Assembly: GCA_002269645.1 (NCBI GenBank)
Contig: NIVC01002393.1
Coordinates: forward strand, 114,606 to 178,605
Reading direction: 5' to 3'
Source of the DNA: Macrostomum lignano
Lineage: Eukaryota
DNA: 64,000 bases
The position numbers and the translations under genes were made by a program. Under the pieces are notes generated by a model. The model worked only from the letters and a program-made list of their open reading frames with translations. It was not told the DNA's origin and searched no databases. This document shows, piece by piece, positions 24,501 to 38,127 of the stretch; the first letter of the stretch is position 1, and every line of letters starts with the position of its first letter.

Positions 24501-27500
24501 GTAGGGGGCGGATATGCCAGACAGGTAGGGGGCGGATATCACAGGTAGGGGGCGGATATCACAGTTAGGGGGCGGATATGCCAGACAGGTAGGGGACGGA
24601 TATCACAGGTAGGGGGCGGATATCACAGTTAGGGGGCGGATATGCCAGACAGGTAGGGGGCGGATATCACAGGTAGGGGGCGGATATCACAGGTAGGGGG
24701 CGGATACAATATGCCCCAGCGCGCACCCTCAGCCTCCTGCAGACGCCGCAGAGGTGTCACAGTCTCTCCGTACACCCGAGAAGTGGGCAGCCAGACGCAG
24801 TCCAGACACAGGTCCTCCAGCTCAGCGGCCACCGCAGCCCGATCCGGCTCAGACTCCAGCCGGTTGATGAGGCTAGCTCGCTCCGGATACAGACAGGCGA
24901 AATCCTGCGAGCCCAGGATGCCAGACCACCAAGCGGCACTGGAGTCCCTCTCCCCCGGCTCCTGAGCCTGGCAGAGCAGTCTGAGCAGCGGTGTGCTCAA
25001 GCTCACGTCCATCAGGCGACCGTCCTGCAGGCATTTGGCCAGCGACATGCCCAGCAGCCGGAACAGAGCCGCCACCCTGGGCGGGCAGGTGCGATATGGA
25101 GCCGGAAACAGACCGGAAGGCCGGGTCACATAGTAGCCAACCGGTTTGCCATCCTCGGCCACAGCATCCTCAGCCTCATCAGCGTTGGGATCTTCGCAGA
25201 TCCACATGCCCAGATCGCGCCGGGTGAACTCAGCGGCAAGCAGGCTGAAGAATTCGAGAGTCGGGCCCAGCCCGGTGCCCTGCTCGCCATCGAATTGCAC
25301 TTCGAGTTCGGCTTTGCGAGCGGCGTGAGTGTCGAGCAGCTGAGCAGCCCAGGCCAGGAGGGGATCGCCAGACAGGCGGGGGATTCGAACTCGCTCGCGC
25401 TTCAGTCGGCCCAGATCCACCTTGGATTTGGAGCGGTAGGTTTATAGTGAGATTTTTGCTCTTTTCGATACATATCGGCGACAATGAGTAAATAGTGTTT
25501 TATTTCGATACATATCAGCTGCATTGAGTAAATAGTGTTTTATTTCTAAACATATAGGCTGCATTGAGTAAATGGTGTTTTATTTCGAAACATATCGGCT
25601 ACAATGAGTAAATATTGTTTTCGATACATATCGGCTACATTAAGTAAATAGTGTTTTATTTCGATACATATCGGCTACATTAAGTAGATACTGCTTTTTC
25701 GAAACATATCGGCTACATTGAGTAAATGGTGCTTTTATTTCGAAACATATTGCCTACATTGTGCAAAATAGTTATTTTTCGATACATATCGGCTACATCA
25801 AAATTTAAACGAATGCATCTAATAAGCGATTTTCGATACATATCGTGACTCACCTCGCCCAACGGCAGCTGATCCTCCCTAACAGGCCGTTTAGTCTGGC
25901 CCTGCTGCAGCTCCTGAGCTCGCCGCTTCTGCGCCTGAATCCACATGAGCGCCCTGGTTGGCCCGAAAGCTACGCAGTGGAACAGCTGCAGCCGCAGGCT
26001 AAATGGGAACAATATAGGGCAGTAGTTGGCCACAGACTCGCACCAATCCGGCAGGGCTAAGCTGGCCAGCATCAGCGGCTCCTGAGCCTGCCGAGTGAGC
26101 TTCTGAGTGAGCTTCTTGGAGTGGAACAGCTCAGCAGGTACAGCGTTGGCAGTGTAGAAAATGTGCAGCAGGTTCAGAGCGTCTTCCACACCGGCGGTGT
26201 CCGCAGTCAGCGGCTCCGACTCGCTGGCCAGTCGCAGCGATGCCGTCCTTCGTCGACGCCGCTGACGCTCGGCAGGCGACGCGGCCGAAGCCGTCTGGTC
26301 CTTCAGCAGCTGGCGATAGGCGGAGAGGAGCTTGCGGCAGTTGTTCTTGCGCATCACATTGCGCCTGGAGCCGCGCAGGCGCCATTCGCGCATGAAGTCT
26401 TCGCTGGCAGAGGCGGCAATGTAGTCCAGCACCTGCGATTTGTGCAGGTTGCCCCGGTGTAGGCTCTGCTCTACCTGCAATTGTGGGGAGTTCAATTGGC
26501 TAACGATATGTATCGAAGTTTATGTAATGCATTGGCTTTTCTCTGCAATTAGCTAACGATATGTATTGAAGTTTATGTATTGCATTGACTTTTCTCTGCA
26601 ATTGGCTAACGATATGTATTGAAGTTTATGTAATGCATTGGTCAACGCCTTTTTTCTGTAATTTCGATACATATCGGTAAACAAAGACTCCGCAAAGTGA
26701 ACATACCGAATAATTATTGAACCCCTGAGAAAGTTTCACTCTATGTATCTCAACTTCCCTCTAATTAAATCTCACCCCACCAATCTCACGACAATGCATT
26801 TAATCTAATCTCTCACTCATAAATTTTACGTCCACCCATCCAATCCAGTCGCACCCTAACTATCCCCCAAACCCCTCTAATCTAGTCTCAGAGGCCTATT
26901 TATCTAATCTCACCCCCTCTAATTAGTTTTAACCAAACTAATCTCACGCCTACCTATCTAATTCAGTCTCACCCCTTCAATCTCACACCCTCCAATCTAG
27001 TTTCACCCTACCAATCTCACCATCTTCTTAATCTAGTCGCATCCATCAATCTCACCACCTAATCTAGTCCCACCCTACGAATCTCACACCCCTCTAATCT
27101 AGTCTCACTCCTTCAATCTCACCTCCAGTCTCACCCTATCTATCTTCTCTCATACAGATACACACCAATAACAAAGCAATGCAAACCTGAGCCGGGGTCA
27201 TCTCCTCAGGCGATCGGCCAACATCAGACGGAGCCGACCGACTCAACAGTCGGGCCTCGCTGCCAGTGGAATCCCGCTCAGCGCCTTTGACAGCAGCAGC
27301 AGCAGCAGCAGCAGGGCTCCGGCTGTCACTCAACGATCCCTCAGCAGCATCAGCCTCTCGATAAGCCAGCGTGAACGAAGTGTCCCAGACTCGCCTGAGC
27401 TGGTCTGAGATGGCAGAGCCGTTGCCGCGAGAAGCCGCCGACCCGGCACTGGCGCTGGAACGCAGGGACGCCTCCAGCATGGCCTGAACGATATACTTAA

Positions 27501-30500
27501 ACACGGAAGCTGACCGGTCCTGCATAGTCAGCTCGAGATCTGTGTGCTGAACAGATTTCACACTCAGCACCAGTTTTGTACTGTTGCTAGGGGCATTGTC
27601 TGACTCAGCGGCTGACTGTGGCAGCATTAGCGATATCAGCTTGTCCATACTGGCTGGGCTGGGATCTCCAATGTGGAAGTCCTGAGTCTGGTTCACGTTG
27701 GTCCTGCCTGGCACCGGGTCAAAGGCTGGCAGCAGGGCCGGGCACTGCCGCTTCACAATCAGCTCGTCGTCCCACGGCTGCCGACCTCCGCCGCCGCCGC
27801 CGCCGACAATGGCTGCGACAACTTCCGGCGGCGGGAAGTCCACATCGACATCCATGCCGGCTGAAGCTGCGGCAGCGGCAGCGGTGGCCGTAGCGTCATC
27901 CTCGTGATAGTCAAGAAACTCGTCATCGGGATGGTGAGCTGAGCAGAGCTGCATCATGTCGGAGTCGCTGTCAGACAGCACCACGGTGGTGGCCGTGCCG
28001 GAGACCGCAGCCGCGGCGCTGGAGGAGCCGCCGCTGCCGCTGCCGCTTTTCCGACGCTGCCGGCGACCGACCTGTGGCAGCGGGTTCGGCGCCTGGCTCT
28101 GCTGCTGCTGCTGCTGCGAGTCGGACCGCTGCTTCGGCGATGTCTCCGATGCTGTCGGCAGATTCGGGAAGCTCTGCGTTGAGTCCGGTGGCGGCTCCGA
28201 GCTGCCGCCTCCGCCGACGGATGCTCCGGCGTGACCGCCGCTTCCTCCGCCTCCTCCACCGCCGCCGCCGCCTCCGCCGCGGTGACGGGCGTGGCTCCAC
28301 AGCCGGGCGTACTGACGGCGGAGGTCCGGAGTTCGAGACCCCGCCGCGGCACTGGCGGCTGCGGCAGCTGCTGAAGCGGATGCCGAGCTGTTGGAGCCGC
28401 GAGCGCCGCTGCCATGCATCAGGTGGTGATACTGGGCAGCTGACTGCTGCATCTGGTGCTGCAAATGCTGCTGATTGTGCCGGCGCATCGAGCTTCGGAC
28501 TGCAGCGGCAAAGTTGTTGAAGAAGTCGGAGAAATCGCCAGGAGATGAAGCGTTTGCAGCTGCTGCCGCGGCTGCTCCGCCTCTTGATGTTGTCGAAGCC
28601 GCAGAGGATGGAGCTGAGGCGGAGGCTGAGCCAGCGGCAGCGGAACCAGCAGATGTAGCTGCGGCATCCGAGTCCAGGTTGGGATCGCTGGCGGTCAGGT
28701 GATCAGCCACGCCCATCACAGCTGATCGTCCGGCTCCAGCTGATGAGCCTCGCATCATCAGGTCTTCCATGTTCTTCAGCAGGCTGAGGTCGCCCCGATC
28801 GAGCACCTCGGACAGCCAGCGTTCTTCATCTTCAAATTTTTCCGCTTCGTTTAAAGCGGCCGAACTGCCGCTGTTGCTGCCGCCTCCGGCGCTACTGGGG
28901 CCGCTGAAGTCCAGAGCTGGGGAGCTGTTGCTCTTGCGCTGCGTCAAGTTGTATTGGCGGACCTGGGAGTGGGGGATTTGAAGGCCGGTTTTGTCAGTGG
29001 GTGAATTTGAAGGCCGCTTAGGGGATTTGAAGGCCGGTTAAAGGGTTTGAAGGCCGGATAGGCGATTTGAAGGCCGGTTAGGGGATTTTAAAGGCCGATT
29101 AGGGATTTAAAAGTCGGTTAGGGGATTCGAAGGCCGGTTAGGGGATTTTAAAAGTCGGTTAGGGGATTTTAAAGGTAGGTTAGGGGATTTAAAGGCCGTT
29201 CAGGGGATTTTTAAGGTCGGTTAGGGATTTTAAAGGTAGGTTAGGGGATTTAAAGGCCGTTCAGGGGATTTTTAAGGTCGGTTAGGGGATTTTAAAGGTA
29301 GGTTAGGGGATTTAAAGGCCGTTCAGGGGATTTTTAAGGTCGGTTAGGGGATTTTAAAGGTAGGTTAGGGGATTTAAAGGCCGTTCAGGGGATTTTTAAG
29401 GTCGGTTAGGGGATTTTAAAGGTAGGTTAGGGGATTTTAAAGGTCGGTTAGGGGATTTGAAGGCCGGTTAGGGGATTTGAAGGCCGGTTAGGGGATTTGA
29501 AGGCCGGTTAGGGGATTTAAGGGCCGTTTAGAGGATTTGAAGGCTGGTTAAAGGATTTGAAGACCGGTTTTTAAAACTATTACCACAAAGAAATTAAATG
29601 AGATTCAGAAGACTTTAACCTTATTACGGTAAAAACATTCCTACCTGCTGCTCATCATGCGACGGCGCCAAGGTGAGGTCGTACACATTGTCTCTCTTCT
29701 GCATCCGGTAGACCCTAATCTGGTCCGGCTTGGCGTCCCACCGGACCGCCACCTTGCCGCCAGTCAGCTCCTTGGTGACGGTGCCTTCGCCCAGGCTGTC
29801 CTGCGAGCCCCAGCACCAGTCGGGGCCGCGAACAACCCGAGCTCCCGGCACCAGCTGGTTCAGCGCGTGGTCCCGGATTCGACGCCTAGCCTTAGCCAGC
29901 TGCTGTTCCCGAGCTCGAAGTGCCGCGCCAACTTCAGCGTGAGCTCGAGTTATTCGGCCGTAGAGTTCGAGGCCTGAGCAGCTGAGTACGTGCATCTGGT
30001 TGCTGGCGTTCTTGCCGGTGACCTGGGATTGGCATGGTGGAATTGATCAATGAGTCAGTCTAGCTACTATTTAGCTATCTTAGCTGTCAATCAATCTTGT
30101 TCATCTACGCTTTTCAGTAGCAATATTAGCGTTTTTTGTCTATATATAGTGGTAAAATCTATATTCCATTCAATTTTTACAATATACATATATTAACTTA
30201 AATTAAACTTTTTAGCAAGATACTTCAAGTCGACACATTAATTTAGCCTTGTTAACATCCAATCTGCGCCTCAGAATTAAAATTATTAAAAAAGAAACTC
30301 TGTCAGTATGTCTGTCTGTCTTTCTTCCCGTTTTTCTGTCTGTCTGTCTGTCTTAGTGTCTGTCTGTCTTTCCGTTCGTCTGTCTGGCTGTCTGTCTTTC
30401 ATTCCGTTTGTCTGTCTGTCTGTCTGCCTGTCTTAGTCTGTCTGTTTGTCTGCCTGACAGTATGCCTGTCTGTCTTTCTTTCGGTTTTTCTGTCTGTCTG

Positions 30501-33500
30501 TCTGTCTTTCTTTTGGTTTTTCTGTCTGTCTGTCTGTCTTAGTGTTTGTCTGTCTTTCCGTTCGTCTGTCTGTCTGTCTTTCTTTCGGTTTTTCTGTCTG
30601 TCTGTCTGTCTTAGTGTTTGTCTGTCTTAGTGTCTGTCTGTCTTAGTGTTTGTCTGTCTTTCCGTTCGTCTGTCTGGCTGTCTGTCTGTCTTTCATTCCG
30701 TTTGTCTGTCTGTCTGTCTTAGTCCCACTAAAAACGGGTTATCGGATTGACATCGGAATCTGGCCGGATTTTAGCAGGGCAATCGGAATCTGGTGGAACT
30801 AGATTTGCAAGCAAAAAAACGATGAAAAATGTGCTCCAATGACATCCAAAAACTACACAAAGTATTTCCTGGCTTTCTTTGCTTCTCGGAAGCACCCCGG
30901 AAACATACCGGAATATGAGGCTCCATATTCCGACCGGAATTTACACTGCACCCGAGCCGTCACTTTCCGACAATAATTTTGAACGCAAGCTTCGCAAAAA
31001 TATCAGCATACTTATCAACTAGTATGATGACTGTCCACTTTGAAGAAAAAACTCTTTTAGACGGGAATTCTGCGCCCTCGCAATTTGCAAGAAGAACAGC
31101 TAGCAAGCTTTGTTTTACGCGATCAAGTGTTGAAGCTATTGACCAGTTTAATTTGCACACTTCCATTTTCACTAATTTGCGCTCGCTTGGAACATCAGCT
31201 CTTTTGAACACAGCTCCTTTAGCCAACACAGGACAGTGAGACCACAACTTTGAACTCTCTGCAACTTCATCTGTGGTTACACGCAAATACTATACTAGTA
31301 TGCTACTCCTTTCGTTCATTTAGTGCATTTCTTTAGTCTCCTATTATCTTGTATGCTTGAATTTTTTACTGGCGGACTATATAATCGCTAATTTCAGTAA
31401 TAAAATATATTATTATTGTTTATTTGTGATAACAGCTAGCCAAAACTATTATACTATACCTAAAAAGAACAATTTGGTATACTGCAATACTGCATAGTGA
31501 GTTTTGACCATAGTGGCACTTGCAGAAGCTTATTAATATTTGAGTACAGTATATGATAGGCACCAATTGTCCAGCTATACATAATATATACTGACATTGT
31601 ACTATACTCAGCCAGTTTCAATTCAGACCATCGCAAAGTAGTAAACAAGGGCCAATTCTATAAATTCTATCTAGTGCTAGTCCTAGATTTCTCATATTGA
31701 AAGAGACTGCAAATTAAAATAATTGACTACATTGTGTACTAAAAACATATAAGGCAAAAGCTAGTTCTAATAATAAATAAGTATTGTCATTTATTGATTA
31801 ATTTGATTTAATGGCTTTGCCAAGTCGTGCATCAAATAGACAGGTAGCCAGGGAAATGCAAGAAATACTACAAGAGCTTCCGACGATTGGGGCTACAAAT
31901 ATTGAGGCTAGGCTAGATCTAGAAAATGTGATGGGACAAAATGAAGATACAAAGAGCAATGCTGAGCCTGAAGAGACATTCTTTGATGCAGTGGGTCCAA
32001 TGCCAATGGACTTTGATAGCCAAATGCATGCTCTTTTTGAGGAAGAAATGGATGAAGAAGTTGAAGAACAAGATGACTCTCTTGGCTATAATAGACCTCC
32101 GCCACTTACTTTGGTGCAAGAGTTACTATTGTTTTACATAACATTCAATATTACTAGTGCTGCCATGAATTACCTACTTCGGCTTTTGGCTCGTTTCTTC
32201 ACTGACATACCCACTTCTGTCTACATGCTTAAGAGGCAGTGTCCAAGCACAGAGATCACGAGGTTCAATGTCAATAATGGTCATGTTGCCTTTCTCTCCA
32301 TTGTGGACAATTTGAAATTTTTACTTGATTCCAAAATCCTTACAATTCCATCTGGAATTACAAACTTCTTTGTTTCCTTAAGGGTAAATGTTGATGGTCT
32401 TCCTTTATTCAAGTCATCTAGAATCAATCTTTGGCCTATATTGATGCTAGTAAATAATTGTTTTAGACCTGTGCCATTTGGCCTTTTTTGTGGCATTGGA
32501 AAGCCTGACCTACATGTCTTCTTAGAAAGGTTTTGTTCTGAAATTGCAGGTCTACAGAATGGTTTTGACTATAATATGAAAAGAATTTTTATTAAGTCAA
32601 TTGTCTTTATCTGTGACACACCTGCTAGAAACTTTATTCAATGTTTGAAAGGTCATTCCAGTTATCTTGGCTGTAGTTGGTGTCGTCAAGTAGGAAATTA
32701 CACAGGTGACAGAATTTGTTTTTCTAATACCATTGCAGAGGCTCGAACAAATCAAGATTATGAACAAGGGCGTGAAAATAACCAACTTGGTATTTCTCCA
32801 CTAGCCAGGATTGTTCCAATGTATTCCAATTTTGTACCCGACCCAATGCATATTGTCTACTTAGGGGTTGTAAAGAAGTTGCTCAAATTTTACTTCCTTG
32901 GAGCAAAGCACATTCGACTTGCTTGCAAGTTGTCATCCCAATTAAAAGAGGAAATAAATAGAAAAATAATGTATATTAAGGAATTTGTTCCTTCAGATTT
33001 TCAAAGACGGCTTCGCACTTTTGCTGACATTGAATACTTTAAAGCAACGGAATTCCGCCAATGTCTTTTGTACTTTGGTCCGTTCCTTTTTAAGAATACC
33101 TTGCCAAAGGTCTACTTTAATCATTATCTATTATTGCATTGGTCAATTTCAGTCCTTAATTCACCTGAGTACTGTGAAATTTATTTTGATGCTGCTGAGG
33201 CTTGTTTGAAAAAGTTTGTTGCTGAGGCACCAAGCCTATATTACAACAGTGTAGTTTCTTATAATTGGCATGCTCTGTTGCACCTTCCTGAGTTTGTGCA
33301 AATGTATGGCCCACTTGACACGTTTTCAGCTTTCCCTTTTGAAAACTACTTGCAATTGATCAAGAAGAGAATTCGTTGTACCAATCATGTTTTTGCCCAA
33401 TCTGTCAACCAGTTGTTGAATGTGAGATTTTTATATTCTAATGACAAGTTGGGTGACATTGGTTTTACTAATAAGAGTCCTAATAACTGTGCTATTGTTG

Positions 33501-36500
33501 ATGGAAAGGTTGTCATTGTCACCAATTTAAATGATGGTCTTATTTCAGGCCAGGTTCTCACATTTGATAGAAGCCTTTATTCCTATCCATATCCATCAAA
33601 ATCAATTGGCATAGGCTACTATAAGCATTCAAAGACATTTGTATCCAACTTGCAACCTTCTAAGAAGGCCATTCTAATTCCCTTTGGCGGAGACTATCTG
33701 GTCATTCCTTGCATCAAGTAAATCAAGTTATTTGCCTGAAGTCCATCGTCCATAATTGTGTCTTGCCTAAGTTGTTTACAAATGTAATTGTGTATACAGT
33801 CAGCAAATATAATTTAATTAGGTCTAGAATAAAAAAATATATAATTCCATATATATTATATAATATTGAAGTAGTATAGCCATTATAGCCATTAACAAAC
33901 TAAAGCATTTGTTCGGATCATGGTATGAAATAAGATGATCATTATTATTTTTATTATTATTATTAATTAATTTTATTACAAAAAACAATTATTATTGTTT
34001 TGTATAATTTCTATGCTTTATTATAACCTTCCTAAGTGCTTGCAAATATGAGTACGTATTATTTAAGTAATGTGTCCTTCAATGTGAATGTCCTAGTCAG
34101 ACTATTTATGATTTTTGTGGCAGAATTCTAGTGTAAATGTATTTTGACAAGTTGTCTACTAGTAAGTTAGCAAGTAGCAATAGGCCCCTATGAACAATTC
34201 AATAAACATTTTTTGTGTATCCTCTAAATTTGTAACTCACTTGTTCCAATGGAATAATTACATGTTATGTGCCATATTATGCTGTAAAAACTTTAGTTAC
34301 TGCTTGGCCAACATTACACCACAATGAGTAAATAGTCCTTCTTAGTACATGCAGTGTCTTGTGCAGTTGCTAAATCATTAAATAATAAAACTTTAGTTCA
34401 GTAATCTTGTTGCAGTGACTCAATGAAGTTTATTGTGTATTTTACCTCTGACTATGAAGTAATAGAAGCTGATGAGGAAGATTGCCTTCTTGGCTCTTTT
34501 ACTAAGTGGACTATTGAGCAATGGAGGCAAGTGGACAAACTTGAAGAAGTTCATATTCAGGTAATATATAATGACAAGTTGGAAGATTGCATTGTTTTGC
34601 AAGTTGTTCCACATGCCTGTGACACCAGTGACACTGTTGCCATGCTACGAGCTGTGGTCAAAGAGAAGCACTATCGTCCAAGCAAGCTACTAAAGATTCT
34701 GCCAGATCGTGTTCGATCCAACAAAAGACAGACATTTCCTCCTATGAAGAATCTTGAGACAGACAATGATGCAACAGATATTGATGCTGTAAGTATAATG
34801 TAAAATAATATTTAATTTAATATTTAGTATACAACTAAGGTCTGCCACGTGCGTTAATATAAAATATAAAATAATATAATTGTAGGTTGCTGATGCAGCC
34901 AGCCATGGACAAGCCAACCGGGGTCCCACACAGAGAAGTGAATCATTGTCTGGGTCTTCTGGTGTTGTTTGCCTCCCTCCACTGCCAACTCTGCAAGCTT
35001 CGGGAATTGCAGAAGTACGTGCTTACATTTGTGTCTATTTAAAAATGTCAAGCATTTATAGTCTTTATGTATTCATGCATTTGGAGTACAGTATGCTTAT
35101 TAATTTCAAATTATTGCACTTGGCAGTTTGCCAGACATATTACAAAATGATTGAGACAGTTTTAATAGTTTGGATTTTATTCTTTTCTTTAATTTCTCTA
35201 ATCTAACACTGTCTTCACCTCACCCCAATGCCAGGCTAGCGTGACGGCTTGTTGTCACACATCACATTGTTATGTTTATATCTATACACCTCTGTTATGT
35301 CTGCATCATCTCATTCAATGCGTGTATGGTTACTGTTGAGTATATCATTTCTCCTACTATGTTACAGATTAACGTGCTGAGAAAAAAATTATCTATTCTA
35401 ATCATTTCTTTACCAACCCAGGCCTACGACGGCACAATGGCGCAGAGCACTGTCAGGAAACTTCAGAACCGCACCTCCATGGCACCTCCACCAGAACCGC
35501 AGTCGATCGACAGCCCAGCCTTTGAGCGACTGCACCCTCAAGCAGCTCTCAATTCGTCTGGAAGCTCGACGCCTACTCGACACCCGTCTAGGCAGTTTTC
35601 GTGCACTCCAACTTCAGCCCCAAGAGCCAGCTTCTCGCGCGAACAGCTGCGACAGCCTGCGCAGGTAATTTGTAAAACTCGTTTCATGAAGTCTTGCAAC
35701 AGTTTTTTTCAGAACTTGCCACGGTTTCTAACGAAAATTTAATCCACAGTTTTCAGCTCTGCCTCAGCTGGAAACGCAAGCCAGAAGCCAGGTTGAGGCT
35801 TGTGGGTACACGTGGGGATCTGTTGAAGGTAATGGAGTTATTGTTATTGACGCTGAGATAGCAGTAGTTGACAACAGCCGCAAAATGTAACTGGTGACCA
35901 GCGCACACTCGTTGCTTGAACAGCTAGGTGGATGAAATCGACAGCGTCTAGCTTGGAACTGGCACGTAAATTGAAGTTAATTTACTATGCAACTTTCAAC
36001 TCATTATTCAGGGCTCTACTGTCTGCAGCTCTTGAGCATTCGCGAACTCATGAAGCTAAAGGCCACGATTGAGTCGTCCAGTCTCCGGGGAGCTGCTGCG
36101 GCACCCACGCTCGAAATTCCATTCGGGCTTCCTGTCGCAAACGAGGCCGACCTCAACAGTGCAGTCGAGAAGATTTCTGCCAGTGCGGAGGCCAAGACTG
36201 CGCTGGTTAGTTAATATCTTATGAGCATTTCTCTTACTATTAAACTTCCACCATGCGTTCGGAACTTCGGTACTGTAGACTCGGGGAAATGGTCCAGACG
36301 CTTTCATGTGTGAATTTTAGACTTCGTTCATTCAGAAAAAGTGCCTGGGCCCTTCTGTGACTCAGTCTGTTCGCTATGCGATGAACGAGCTTCTGGCGCG
36401 AGACTTCCAGCAGCGCTTCAATCGCACTGGCGGCAAGGATGCCCGAGGCCGTGGCCAACAAGAGAACTCCAAGATGTCTTTCGACAAGTGCTTTGGAGGG

Positions 36501-38080
36501 ATTGTGAAGGGTAGGTTATGCTTTACTGTCGCATATGTACCAATTACCAGAGTTGATTCTTAATAGTGATATCAATAGTGATATACTGTCTGATACAACG
36601 TACTGATAAATGTACGGGGTGGGTACTGCCATAACCATACGTATTCATGCCGTAATTCATACATGTATTTCTCTCAGGTCAACAGTTGTGGACTTGACAA
36701 CCTGCTTATGTTGTGATTGTCAAATTTCAGACGCGTTGGGCTCTTCATTTACGCTGCACGACATCAATAAGGCAATCGAACGGTTCTTCGATGGCGTCCG
36801 GAAGCGTCGAAGCCACGAGGGATCAGCTGAATCGGACGTGGCCGGCGGGCATGGCGCCCCCACTCCAAGCAGGCGTCGCTCGACGATGCGAGTGCAACGC
36901 ATATCCGACAGCACTGACGAGGAAAATATGTAACTTGGTGGCATAGTAAAAAATTGTCCCTTTCGTCGAAACTTCGCGCTAACTTAAATTTTAACTGCTC
37001 CGAGACCGAAATGCTAGTGTAGTACAACTGGGTTTGAAGGCCGCGAATTTGAACAGTTTCACTACAGCAATTTAACGTCTTCAGTTCACTCGCAGCGCAG
37101 CGCCTTACAATTGTTCACTCGATTGCAGCGCGCTTTTCAAACTGGTGCGATTATATTTTAATTAGACAACGATTAAAATAATTTATAATTAATATTTGCT
37201 TTATTTTCAAGGGTCAAAAAAGTAGAAATTAATAACATAATAATGCTATTTGCAATTGCTATAGTTACTATATAGCAACAATTAAATATTTAGTGCAATT
37301 TTAACAGAACATTTTCAGCCGCACTACACTAGGCCTAATCAAATTGACCTAACAACTATAAAATACTTGTCGAACTGTCTCCAACCTGCACCCTATTAGT
37401 GACTGCTTTGGTGGCCCACCACGCGTTGCTGCAATGTTCTATTTTGTAAACACTAAATAAACACTTATTATTCCTTTCCATCTGCTGCCATTGAGCAATT
37501 TTGTATTTGATGTAAAATGATGCACACCCGGTCTTTGTGTCATTGAATTTTCAGACGGGATCGGGCTGTCTAAATGTACATGCGTGACTGCGTGTACACT
37601 GATCTTCGGCTACATTGTAGCACATGCATGTTTGTACTCGCTTTGTGCTTCGTCATTTATATCAGCTCGGAAAGTGAAACGAAAAGCTCTGGATGAGTCC
37701 GATCGTCAAATCCGATCAGAATCCGAATGGATTTCCCGGGACAAATTTCCACTCGGTTTCCGAGCTGCATTTCCGATCGGAATCCGACCAAGCTTTTTTA
37801 GTGGGGTGTCTGTCTGTCTTTCCGTTTGTCTGTCTGTCTGCCTTAGTGTCTGTCTGTCTTTCCGTTAGTCTGTCTGGCTGTCTGTCTGTCTGTCTGTCTT
37901 TCCGTTAGTCTGTCTGGCTGTCTGTCTGTCTGTCTGTCTTTCCGTTAGTCTGTCTGGCTGTCTGTCTGGTCTTTCATTCCGTTTGTCTGTCTGTCTGTCT
38001 GCCTTAGTGTCTGTCTGTCTTTCCGTTAGTCTGTCTGGCTGTCTGTCTGTTTTCTGTTTGTCTGTCTGACTTTCCGTTTT

Positions 38081-38127
<47 letters not shown>

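Larger units (their letters stand above)
30724..37805 (+). mobile_element. EnSpm/CMC-superfamily DNA transposon, 7082 bp, apparently complete, in HECTD1 intron 3
   Basis: TIRs CCCACTAAAAA (30724-30734) and TTTTTAGTGGG (37795-37805); 2-bp TSD gt/gt inside the repeat motif cttagtgtctg; clustered subterminal (a)tcggaat/ccggaat motifs at both ends; contains a transposase and a DUF4806-type gene. Confidence 0.92.

Noticed and set aside
27618-28981. Antisense and alternative-frame ORFs over HECTD1, TRMT10 and ZMYND10 exons
   Set aside because: By-products of GC-rich coding sequence; the main frames account for the region.
28975-29560. TTAGGG inside the 20-bp unit as an interstitial telomere
   Set aside because: Only one TTAGGG per unit and no (TTAGGG)n run; chance inclusion is likely.
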